Shown here piece after piece: positions 48,049 to 56,641 of a stretch of DNA of 60,561 nt (position 1 is its first letter; each line of letters starts with the position of its first letter). Position numbers and translations under genes: made by a program. This DNA comes from a virus. Taxonomy: Duplodnaviria; Caudoviricetes. Below the pieces are notes generated by a model. That model was not told where the DNA came from. It made no database searches and was given only the letters and a program-made list of their open reading frames with translations. Location: positions 1-60,561 of IMG/VR virus record IMGVR_UViG_3300037488_001994; one strand, 5' to 3'.

Positions 48049-48362
48049 AACTTTTTCTCTAAATGTGGATTACTGCTGGCAATAAAACTCGCGGCCGAAT
48101 AGATATCATGGATGGTCATTTTCTGTTTGAAGATACCTCTCTTTTTGGCCTGCATCATCTCCAAACTGTTATAAACATAATATCGATCCTTCGGACCCAG
48201 GATAACATAATAGGTTCTGCCATCGGCTTTGTGTTTTGCGCCGGCAATCTTTTTTGCCCTACGGAAACGCTTTGCAATTTTCCGTTGCTGGATCATATCT
48301 AATTGGTAGGTATCATCAAACCAATATCGATAAAGGTTCCGGAAGATATTTCTAAGTTTCAT
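48045..48362 (-). CDS. Basic hypothetical protein
   Basis: AKKIA..HKADGRTYYVI; likely start 48362. Confidence 0.5.
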   Translation of the reverse strand: MKLRNIFRNLYRYWFDDTYQLDMIQQRKIAKRFRRAKKIAGAKHKADGRTYYVILGPKDRYYVYNSLEMMQAKKRGIFKQKMTIHDIYSAASFIASSNPHLEKKL

Positions 48363-48933
48363 AGGTTGCAACGATTATGAAAATAGTGTGCAGTTTGCTC
48401 CGGATCGGAATGATCTTTTCAATCGGGATCACTTCGCCATACCGAGCGCGAATTTCCTCTTCGGAACGGAACCAGCGAACATGTCCGGCATTGTTGTAAT
48501 CCGGAACGGAAATAATAAGGGTTTTGCAGAACAGTTTGTTCAGCAATAGAATATCCTTGTCGATATGTTCCAAAACTTCGATCATGGTTATCACCTGGGG
48601 AAAGGTAATATCTCTCATGGTCAAAAGATCGGAACATACTTTAAACTGCAAGGTATTATTTGGATTCAGCCGTTTGGCCATTTCGATTGCAGTTTTTGAA
48701 AAATCCCAACCCAGGTACCCCAATTTGTTTTTGATACACAACTTTCCAAACTGCCCAGGGCCACAACCGATATCCAATACCGCACTAAGGTTTTTTTCCT
48801 TAATGATATCAATGGTTTTTTGCCAAACCTGATAATACTGTGACTTTTCCGGCTCCTGTGAATAGGTTCCTGACTTTTGAGTGTTGTCCTGGTAGATTGC
48901 ATCGTACCATTCCTTACTTCTTTCTTTTCCCAT
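48352..48933 (-). CDS. Class I SAM-dependent methyltransferase
   Basis: VLDIGCGPG, GWDFSKTAI, IEVLEHI, ISVP; likely start 48933. Confidence 0.85.
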   Translation of the reverse strand: MGKERSKEWYDAIYQDNTQKSGTYSQEPEKSQYYQVWQKTIDIIKEKNLSAVLDIGCGPGQFGKLCIKNKLGYLGWDFSKTAIEMAKRLNPNNTLQFKVCSDLLTMRDITFPQVITMIEVLEHIDKDILLLNKLFCKTLIISVPDYNNAGHVRWFRSEEEIRARYGEVIPIEKIIPIRSKLHTIFIIVATYET

Positions 48934-48935
48934 TG

Positions 48936-50915
48936 TTAAAATATTGCGGCCGATGTTGGGCCTGTTTGTATTCTCTTCATCATTTCTTTCACAATATATG
49001 GGGCATCCATGTATTTTAATGCCATCCATACGACACCAGCGGTTGATACCACTAAATCGTCATGGCTACCTTCCACGGCACCATAGGAACCATCGGACTT
49101 GATTTCGTAACTGTCACATTCATCACAAGCGCGCTGGTCACGCTCAATGTAAAGCGAGTCACGCATGGCCGCGTTCAGTTGGTCAATAATCATCGGCTTG
49201 GTGGCCCTGTTGGTATGGAAACCATACTTTGCCGGCGCACCCTGGCGGATGGAGTCAGGTGTGGTTCTCAGATAAAGGTTATCATAGAAATTTACAATTT
49301 CATCCAGGATCGTCAGGAAGTGATCTCCTTCGAAATTATCATCCTTGTTTGTACGGAGCGAGTTTGTTTCAATGGCATATAATCCCTTACAATACCAATA
49401 GGCAAGTTGAGCGCCTTTCCAGGCGAATAAATCCTGATCTAAAATTCCATGCCAGGTGGCAACCATTTCCGGACTTTCACCTTCGATCATCCAATATCGA
49501 TCAATCACACGGATCGCTGAACGGTCGGCCTTTAATGTCCGGCCCCCGATATCCCCGAATAATCCATACCGGTTTGCAACTCTCAATGAGTGGTCCGGCG
49601 GTTGCCATACCCAAAGACTGCCATTATGAACCTTTTCGAACCGGATATTCTTAAATGCTCCTTCTCCTTTTTCAGCATCGGCAAAAAGTTCACCCTTCAT
49701 TAATGGCTGGTGACAATTCTTTTTGGTGTGGATCACATACATTGGTGCGAATGCTCTTCGGCCGGTGGACTGAAATGCCTCTTGCCAATCGCAGGGAAAC
49801 TCAGACTGCATCATCCAATCGGAATAACCTTCCCTGTATTTGAATGTTTTATACCAATGAATGGCCTCCAGGCATGCACCCTTTTCCCAAAGAATCCAAT
49901 CGGCCTCCTTCATTTCATTGATAAACTTGGTGTAATCCTTAATCTTCCGCTGGTACATTTCAATTTCGAAAAATGAAATGAACACACATTCATAACCGCT
50001 TTCGTTATTGATCCCTGACATCCATTCATGGTGCCAAAAGTTTCCGACACCCTTTGCGGTGGACTCCAGGGCAATCAATGTATCGGCTTCCGAGGGAACA
50101 GTAGCGCGAAGTGCCTGTACTAAATCTTCCGGCGTCCGGTTCTCAGTCTTTTTCCATAAACCTATCTCAGATAAGTGGAGCATGGCGAAGTCAAATGACC
50201 GCAAGGCATCCGGTGAGGGCATCGATCCGACACCGATAATGTTTCCGCGTTCAGCCACAACACGAACCTTTGCTGAACCTTCATACGGTTTTAGGGTAAT
50301 GGTACCGGAAATCTTCGGATAATGTTTGGCGAACCTGGAGAACATACCGCGGATATTCCTTGCCTGGGGTTCCACATCGGCGCAAATGGCGGAATGCCAA
50401 TTCTCGCGGAGAACAACACTTATCCATGCCATGTATAACTGAATGAGGGTACTTCCACCCCATTGCCGAGCCTTTAACAGTTTGATCCGGATGGGTATTC
50501 TCCTTAACCGTTGTTTCTCCATGCGCGCGAAGAGTTTCCTTTGAGGATGGCGGAGGCTGAATTTCATCGGTTTTTTTGAAATCTTATCCTGTATGGTTAC
50601 CCTGGTGATGGCCCAATATTCAAAATCATATTTTATCCGGAGTTTATCAAAACTGAGTAGAAAACTTGGCCAGGACCGGCCTCTTTTGAAATATCCCTGG
50701 TCGATCATATAGTCGCGGAGGTTATGACCTTCGAATTGTAGGCCAGGAATATCCTTCATGGCCATTGGTAGATATAGCAAATTATCCCTATCAAGTTGAT
50801 ACGGAAACCGATCAATAGGACTACCTTCTCCTGTGTACTGATTATACGGTACGGCAAATTCACTCAACCGTTTCGCATTCTCCAACAAGATCGCGTTCAA
50901 TTTTTCTTCGTTCAT
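48936..50915 (-). CDS. terL: Terminase large subunit
   Basis: LLKARQWGGST (Walker A), LHLSEIG, LESTAKGVGNFWH, EFP..EAF, DIGG..DRS, IETN, HDDLVVS. Confidence 0.92.
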   Translation of the reverse strand: MNEEKLNAILLENAKRLSEFAVPYNQYTGEGSPIDRFPYQLDRDNLLYLPMAMKDIPGLQFEGHNLRDYMIDQGYFKRGRSWPSFLLSFDKLRIKYDFEYWAITRVTIQDKISKKPMKFSLRHPQRKLFARMEKQRLRRIPIRIKLLKARQWGGSTLIQLYMAWISVVLRENWHSAICADVEPQARNIRGMFSRFAKHYPKISGTITLKPYEGSAKVRVVAERGNIIGVGSMPSPDALRSFDFAMLHLSEIGLWKKTENRTPEDLVQALRATVPSEADTLIALESTAKGVGNFWHHEWMSGINNESGYECVFISFFEIEMYQRKIKDYTKFINEMKEADWILWEKGACLEAIHWYKTFKYREGYSDWMMQSEFPCDWQEAFQSTGRRAFAPMYVIHTKKNCHQPLMKGELFADAEKGEGAFKNIRFEKVHNGSLWVWQPPDHSLRVANRYGLFGDIGGRTLKADRSAIRVIDRYWMIEGESPEMVATWHGILDQDLFAWKGAQLAYWYCKGLYAIETNSLRTNKDDNFEGDHFLTILDEIVNFYDNLYLRTTPDSIRQGAPAKYGFHTNRATKPMIIDQLNAAMRDSLYIERDQRACDECDSYEIKSDGSYGAVEGSHDDLVVSTAGVVWMALKYMDAPYIVKEMMKRIQTGPTSAAIF

Positions 50916-51123
50916 GCGGATTTGCCAATATTGCTCTTATGGATTTTTGCGCTGATTCTGCCTGCATGTAAAAACAGGGTGCCGGTCGTTCAGCGGCCAT
51001 TTGGAAAAGTTTTTTCTTTGAAAAGGAGTTTGATTTTTCCGGACCGAGTTCTTTAAGGAGGGCAAGATAAGACCGGTATAGGTCCGAATGTTTTTTGATA
51101 ACGAGTTCTCTTTTGGAGGCCAT
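50860..51123 (-). CDS. Small basic protein upstream of terL (possible terminase small subunit)
   Basis: PAPCFY motif; call is positional. Confidence 0.4.
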   Translation of the reverse strand: MASKRELVIKKHSDLYRSYLALLKELGPEKSNSFSKKKLFQMAAERPAPCFYMQAESAQKSIRAILANPHERRKIERDLVGECETVE

Positions 51124-51270
51124 AATGTATCAATTTGTCTTCGAATATACAGAAAGGGAATTTAATACCCTAATATTCTAAAATGCACCTGATTAGTATA
51201 GATAATATCCCCTAACTTTCCGATAATTAAATTAGGGAGCGTTGTAAAACAACTAACTATTTGAAAACCA

Positions 51271-52272
51271 ATGGATAGCAACGAAGTACAAAACGAAATT
51301 TGGCCTGATGATATGGAGGCTACTGTTGCCGAAGAGCAAACGGCAGACAGTCCAACCATGATTCCTGGTGAAAATCAACCCGAAAATGTTGATAACCAAC
51401 CAGCAAAAGAGCCAATAGTAGAAACGCAAACGGAACCAGGTGAATCCATCATCCCTGACCAGCCGGAAACTGAAACAGAAACCGGCACAACAGAAAATCA
51501 AGAAGGAGAAACACAACCGGAAGGTAAAGAAGTCGTACCGGAAGTTACTGAATCCCCTATACCTGAGAAAGATGGAGAGTTGTTCACCGGCATTCGCACC
51601 GTTTTAGAATTGCCGGAAGATGCTACGCCCGAACAGGCGGTTACCTATGTTAAAGGACTTGTTGAGTATCGTGACAAGAACCGTAAAGCCAATCAGGAAT
51701 TATCTGCATTGTTAGTATCGGAGAAATCCTATGCCAATTTCACCAGGGAATTAATGTCCGGTGTTCCGCTGGTAGTTGCCCTGGCGCGTAATTTTGATAT
51801 GGACAGTCTTAAACCGGAGCCTGGGGATGAAGATTACTCCAAGTACAAGGATGCCGCAGACGCGCGAAAGGCTAAAGTGATCGAAGACAATAAAGCCATT
51901 CAGAAACTCCAGGAGAACAAGCAACAGACCGATACGATGCTGAGAACCTTCGCCACCGAGGAGAAATTGGATGAAAAAGGAGCCACGGAGTTTTTTACCA
52001 GCCTGGAGAATGATCTTGTCAATTTACAGGAAGGTGTAATAACCAAAGAATTTTTGGACCGGTATAAAAAAGGTCTTCGGTATGATGCCGATATCGCCAG
52101 CGCCAAAAATATTGCCACCATTGCCGCGAGAAACAAAAAGATTGTTGCCGAGAAGGTCAGCAATATTGCAGAACAGGAACCGCCGAGTTTACAACCAAGC
52201 GGTAATAAAATGGAACCGGTTGCCAAAGACCCGAATAATTGGGTTGAAGAAATAGTAGATAAATTTTCTTGA
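51271..52272 (+). CDS. Capsid scaffolding protein
   Basis: Acidic E/P/T-rich N-terminus and coiled coil; directly upstream of the capsid gene. Confidence 0.65.
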   Translation: MDSNEVQNEIWPDDMEATVAEEQTADSPTMIPGENQPENVDNQPAKEPIVETQTEPGESIIPDQPETETETGTTENQEGETQPEGKEVVPEVTESPIPEKDGELFTGIRTVLELPEDATPEQAVTYVKGLVEYRDKNRKANQELSALLVSEKSYANFTRELMSGVPLVVALARNFDMDSLKPEPGDEDYSKYKDAADARKAKVIEDNKAIQKLQENKQQTDTMLRTFATEEKLDEKGATEFFTSLENDLVNLQEGVITKEFLDRYKKGLRYDADIASAKNIATIAARNKKIVAEKVSNIAEQEPPSLQPSGNKMEPVAKDPNNWVEEIVDKFS

Positions 52273-52304
52273 TAATTAAATACGAACATTAATTTTTATT
52301 CAAA

Positions 52305-53678
52305 ATGAGAACCATTAGTAAAGTAATGAGCCGGATAATGCTCCTCTCCATTGTGGCGGTAGGGGTACTTGCTCTTTTCGGTGTGGTAGCACCGGATGTT
52401 TTGGGCGCAACATTTATGTTCGCGGCCCCTGCTGGAGTGGTGCTGGAGGGTTCAACCCCAACAACCACGGTAGCCAATGCGAAGTCTTCGGACTTATTGC
52501 TAAACAAGATTAGTCAAAGCATCACAAAGATGAAACCGGCTTCTACCCCCCTTGACACCCTGTTAAGGACGGTTGTAAAGAATGTGCCGGCGAAATCGTG
52601 GCGCTACGACTACTATGCAGTTGACATGCGTGGAATTGAGGACACCATTAAAAATGCGTTTGATACTTCGGCTTCCGGCTCTTATGAGGGAAGTGGTGTT
52701 CATACGCTGAGTGTTTCCAATGTTCACATTTGGAGCCAGGATGATAACGGTATGTTACAGGGTGTTTTGGGATCAGATGGACAGGCTATTGTCTTCAATG
52801 TGATCGATAAGAACGCCGCTAACGGAACCATTTCTGTTCTTCCATTGAACGGTTTGGGTGTTGCAGTTAATGAACTTCCGGACCTTGATCCAGGCACGAA
52901 ACTAACCAGGATGGGTAATACCAAGAGTGAACTTGACGCGCAAACGGACCCATATTCGATTTTTCCGGATAAGGCATATAACTTCAATCAGATTCACATG
53001 GCCCAGGTAGAGGAGTCAGTCTATTTGGAGATGCACGAAAAAGAGGTTGCTTACGGAATGGCAGATTTTAAATATGCTTCCCTGTATGATATGCGCCGTG
53101 GTTGCGAACTTGACTCTTTATTTGGAGTCCGGAAGCAGTACACCGATCCTGGTGACCAGGAGGAAAAATATAACTCAGGTGGTATCACCAGGTATATTAC
53201 TCAGACCCTTACCTATACTTCCGGCGTAACCGCACAGGCCAAGTGGAAGCAGTATTGGAATAATTGGACCAAAACTATTTTTACCGATAACGCTGGTTCA
53301 GACACCCGATATTTCTTTGTTGGGAAAGACCTTTTGGAGAATATGGCCAATATTGATAGTTTCCAAAAGCAGATTGACGCTAAATCGGTTGAGGTTGTTC
53401 ATGGTATCAACTTCTCGAAAATCGAAACACCTTTTGGTATTCTCTTAATCAAACTGCATAACTTGTTCGCACCGGCCGGCTGGGGAGCAAAAGGTTTGAT
53501 CCTTGACATTGCCAACCTGGAGAAATTCACCTTTAAGCCGATGGCAACCGAGAAATTGGACCTTCGTTCTTCGGGTATCCGGAATGCCAACGCATTCAAA
53601 ATTGACGAGGCTTTTGGTGTAGCACTTCGTTACCCACAGACTCACGCCATTGTTGATATGGTTGAACATTCAGCATAA
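52305..53678 (+). CDS. Major capsid protein (SU10/DUF5309-like) with hydrophobic N-terminal leader
   Basis: TPLDTLL, YNFNQI, DMRRGCELDSLFG, SGGITRYI, IETPFGIL..H; followed by a terminator. Confidence 0.8.
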   Translation: MRTISKVMSRIMLLSIVAVGVLALFGVVAPDVLGATFMFAAPAGVVLEGSTPTTTVANAKSSDLLLNKISQSITKMKPASTPLDTLLRTVVKNVPAKSWRYDYYAVDMRGIEDTIKNAFDTSASGSYEGSGVHTLSVSNVHIWSQDDNGMLQGVLGSDGQAIVFNVIDKNAANGTISVLPLNGLGVAVNELPDLDPGTKLTRMGNTKSELDAQTDPYSIFPDKAYNFNQIHMAQVEESVYLEMHEKEVAYGMADFKYASLYDMRRGCELDSLFGVRKQYTDPGDQEEKYNSGGITRYITQTLTYTSGVTAQAKWKQYWNNWTKTIFTDNAGSDTRYFFVGKDLLENMANIDSFQKQIDAKSVEVVHGINFSKIETPFGILLIKLHNLFAPAGWGAKGLILDIANLEKFTFKPMATEKLDLRSSGIRNANAFKIDEAFGVALRYPQTHAIVDMVEHSA

Positions 53679-53695
53679 ACATTAACTGAAAGAGT

Positions 53696-53725
53696 AAGTA
53701 ACCGGTTTCGGCCGGTTACTTTCTT
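53696..53725 (+). terminator. Intrinsic terminator after the capsid gene
   Basis: AAGTAACCGGT-TTCG-GCCGGTTACTT plus TCTT. Confidence 0.8.
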
Positions 53726-53752
53726 AATCAGTATAACAAGGGAGAAATCATT

Positions 53753-54262
53753 ATGGTAACTAAAACTTATAAACTGCTTTTTGGGCAGACATTTTTAAGC
53801 CTTATTGGTGATGTTAATGAGAAATCCATCATCATTGAATTTTCCGGCGGAAAACAAACACCGCCAAGGCCAGGTCGATTCATGACAAACAAACCTTCGA
53901 TTCAGAAGTATGTTGAAAGCCATCCATGGTATGGTAAGCGTTTCATTCTTGAAACTGAGGTTGGCATGCACGAATTACCTTCGAAAGTTCTCAACCATGT
54001 GGAAGGAGCAACACCCACAACGAAAAATCTTTTCCAATCTTCCGTACCGATGCCGGAACCGCCGGACACGCCTGACACCGCCGAAGACGCTCACGATCTT
54101 CCATTAAAGGGTCGTTCAGTTGAGGAAGTCTATTCCGGTCGTACCGCCAAGGATTGGATGATTGCGAATGTTGAAGGAGTAACGGCAGGCGAATTAAAGA
54201 ACAATGAACAGATTCGTGCCATTGCTGAACAACACAAGTTGGAGTTTCCTAACTGGAAATAA
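53753..54262 (+). CDS. Phage protein following MCP
   Basis: IEFSGG..F.T..IQKYVESHPWY..FPNW; call is positional. Confidence 0.55.
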   Translation: MVTKTYKLLFGQTFLSLIGDVNEKSIIIEFSGGKQTPPRPGRFMTNKPSIQKYVESHPWYGKRFILETEVGMHELPSKVLNHVEGATPTTKNLFQSSVPMPEPPDTPDTAEDAHDLPLKGRSVEEVYSGRTAKDWMIANVEGVTAGELKNNEQIRAIAEQHKLEFPNWK

Positions 54263-54270
54263 TTCACGCC

Positions 54271-54894
54271 ATGATGGACAGGGATAGGATTAAGGGTAGG
54301 GTAAAGATCAAGTTGGAGGAAATGTCAGAGGCTTCCGGTCAGATTGTCGAAAACCCGATGATTGACGAAATCCTTGATGAAACCGCTGATGAATTGCAAC
54401 TATTGGTACCCAGGTATCTTTTAGTGGCAGACACCGACAGTTACAATGACGAGGACGCCGAGCATGTTGTTAATGCAGACGGTTCCGGATATGTTGTCCT
54501 TCCTGACACCTTTCTCAGACTTTCCTATTTCAAAATGGAGGAGTGGATAAAGCCGGTTTTCGATGCAATAAGCGAAAACCATCCGGCTTATGTAAACCAG
54601 CACAACCCTTTTACACGCGGTAAACCTGCAAAGCCTATTTGTGTTATCCGGTATGACGCTGAGTTATCCAAGTATATACTTGAATATTTCTCCGTAACTG
54701 CCGGAAGCACACATACGGTTGAAAAAGCGGCCTTTATTTTAAAGAAGACTGCCGAGGAACTGCAAGATGATTTAATCGATCCTTTGACCTGGCTGGTGGC
54801 CGCAAAGGTACTTCAAATATATTCCACCGATGAAAAGGGGGAACAAAAGTGCAGGGATCGCGTTGCCGATTGGATTAAACTTCATACCCTATAA
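54271..54894 (+). CDS. Head-tail adaptor / tail tubular A-like protein
   Basis: GYVVLPDTFLRL..MEEW..RGKPAKP..LEYFS. Confidence 0.55.
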   Translation: MMDRDRIKGRVKIKLEEMSEASGQIVENPMIDEILDETADELQLLVPRYLLVADTDSYNDEDAEHVVNADGSGYVVLPDTFLRLSYFKMEEWIKPVFDAISENHPAYVNQHNPFTRGKPAKPICVIRYDAELSKYILEYFSVTAGSTHTVEKAAFILKKTAEELQDDLIDPLTWLVAAKVLQIYSTDEKGEQKCRDRVADWIKLHTL

Positions 54895-54896
54895 CC

Positions 54897-55247
54897 ATGC
54901 CAGGCAATATATATAGAGGGGGAACAAAAAAGTATGGGATTGCCCTGTACGATGAAACCGATACTCAATTCAGTTGTGAGGATGTTTACAATATTGAGGT
55001 ACGGTTGATTCACCAAACTACCAAAGCGATTTACGAGAAGTATTCGATGTTGGTACAGGCTGGATGGGTCCATGTGGAAGTTGTTGACGAAGAATTGATT
55101 ATTCCAATCAATGCCGCGATAACAACCCTAATGGATACCGGAATGTTAGAAATTGAGGTCACAGTCTATCAGACAGACACCGATTTCACTAACAGTAAAA
55201 GCATTGAGCGTTCAAAGGCTACTTTAGCGTATGTAAAAGATATTTAG
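54897..55247 (+). CDS. Virion structural protein (BppU N-terminal-like)
   Basis: IYRGGT..; beta-rich 116 aa. Confidence 0.4.
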   Translation: MPGNIYRGGTKKYGIALYDETDTQFSCEDVYNIEVRLIHQTTKAIYEKYSMLVQAGWVHVEVVDEELIIPINAAITTLMDTGMLEIEVTVYQTDTDFTNSKSIERSKATLAYVKDI

Positions 55248-55249
55248 CC

Positions 55250-55627
55250 ATGCCATTTGTAGAAATTATCAGCGTATCTGAGGACAATTTTCCAAGAATC
55301 CGCGTAATCGACAAAGGTAGCGGAATTGGAAGGATACAGATTTTCGGTATCCAGCAGGGCAATGGCATTACGATTGATATTATTGAGAACCTTGTTGGGT
55401 TAATGTATCGGGCCGGTGAGGAGGACTTAATAACCGGACCTACCAGGATAACCTATTCAACGGCATTCCCCCCAGGAACACTATTTATTTTGGATTGGGA
55501 GGTAACGGCTCTTTCCGATGGAGCGATTATTGGAGGAACAGTTGACAATACGACAGACCTGGATGGGTTTGATGTTGATGTTAATGAGCCGGCGCATATC
55601 ACTTACAAGGCATTAATAAAAGTATAA
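55250..55627 (+). CDS. Putative tail-associated beta protein
   Basis: ITYSTAFP..GFDV..ITYKA. Confidence 0.4.
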   Translation: MPFVEIISVSEDNFPRIRVIDKGSGIGRIQIFGIQQGNGITIDIIENLVGLMYRAGEEDLITGPTRITYSTAFPPGTLFILDWEVTALSDGAIIGGTVDNTTDLDGFDVDVNEPAHITYKALIKV

Positions 55628-55630
55628 ACC

Positions 55631-56089
55631 ATGAAAAAGATTATCACCCTAATCCTTCTTTCGCTTATGATCTCCGCCGGAGCCATGGCCCAGGTAAGGA
55701 GAAATACAATCCGATTGGAGAAAGTTGAGGGGGATACCGTTCAAATAAATAAGTGGTTGTATTGGTTTTCTCAGGTAAGCGGTCTGACAAAGGTTTATAA
55801 GGATAGCGTTCATTATGTTCAATACGCCAGCGATAGTGTAAGATTCAAGGCTATTGGTAGCAATACATGGTCAAATTGGATGGTGACGAGTAAGCCACAA
55901 ATATTCACCAAGGTTATCGCCACCGATGGGGAAAATAACATAACCGTAAGTTTCGGCCTTAGATCGACTTCGGAGGTATATTTTAATGGAACATTGATAC
56001 CAGCCATTCGATGGACCGGCGTGGGAACAACGACATTAGCATTATTATTGGAAACAAAAATTTATGATCGCGTAACAGTTAAAAAGTAA
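55631..56089 (+). CDS. Signal-peptide-bearing putative virion protein
   Basis: MKKIITLILLSLMISAGAMA|Q; C-terminal ATDG..VYFNG..DRVTV Ig-like module. Confidence 0.6.
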   Translation: MKKIITLILLSLMISAGAMAQVRRNTIRLEKVEGDTVQINKWLYWFSQVSGLTKVYKDSVHYVQYASDSVRFKAIGSNTWSNWMVTSKPQIFTKVIATDGENNITVSFGLRSTSEVYFNGTLIPAIRWTGVGTTTLALLLETKIYDRVTVKK

Positions 56090-56093
56090 AGCC

Positions 56094-56630
56094 ATGAAAA
56101 AAGTATTCTTAATCTGCATGCTGGCTCTATTCTCCATAATCAGTTATTCTCAGGTTGCTCCTGGGGGAGTTATGAGAATATCCGACCGAACAACCGTATT
56201 TGGCCACAGTTTGCCTGCCGGTGTTATGATTTTTGCCGTTGCTGACAGTACCGTTTGGATCACCAAAAAGGCATGTATCAGTAGTCTTACTGTAAATACC
56301 GCTTTAGCAGCCGACAAAGTGATGTTGATTGTGTCAGGTGCCGAGAAAACGGCTGGAGCCATGTTTAGCCAATCGTTTGAGGCTGGCGCTCCGGACGCGG
56401 AGGATAAATCATTCACATTAAGCCATAATCCGATTGATACGACTTCAATAACTGTATCCTTAAATAGTCAGGTATTGAAACGCACAACGGATTTTTGGTG
56501 CCGGACCGTAAATGACAGTACAATAACCATCCATATACCTTGTTATCAATATGATAAGGTTACTGTTTGGTATATGACAACCTACGGCGAGGCAGTTACA
56601 CTTTGGGGTTATGCTCCTGTTGTTGAATAA
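56094..56630 (+). CDS. Signal-peptide-bearing putative virion protein
   Basis: MKKVFLICMLALFSIISYS|Q; FTLSHNP..VSLNSQ..DKVTVWY module. Confidence 0.6.
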   Translation: MKKVFLICMLALFSIISYSQVAPGGVMRISDRTTVFGHSLPAGVMIFAVADSTVWITKKACISSLTVNTALAADKVMLIVSGAEKTAGAMFSQSFEAGAPDAEDKSFTLSHNPIDTTSITVSLNSQVLKRTTDFWCRTVNDSTITIHIPCYQYDKVTVWYMTTYGEAVTLWGYAPVVE

Positions 56631-56641
56631 AGCACAATACA

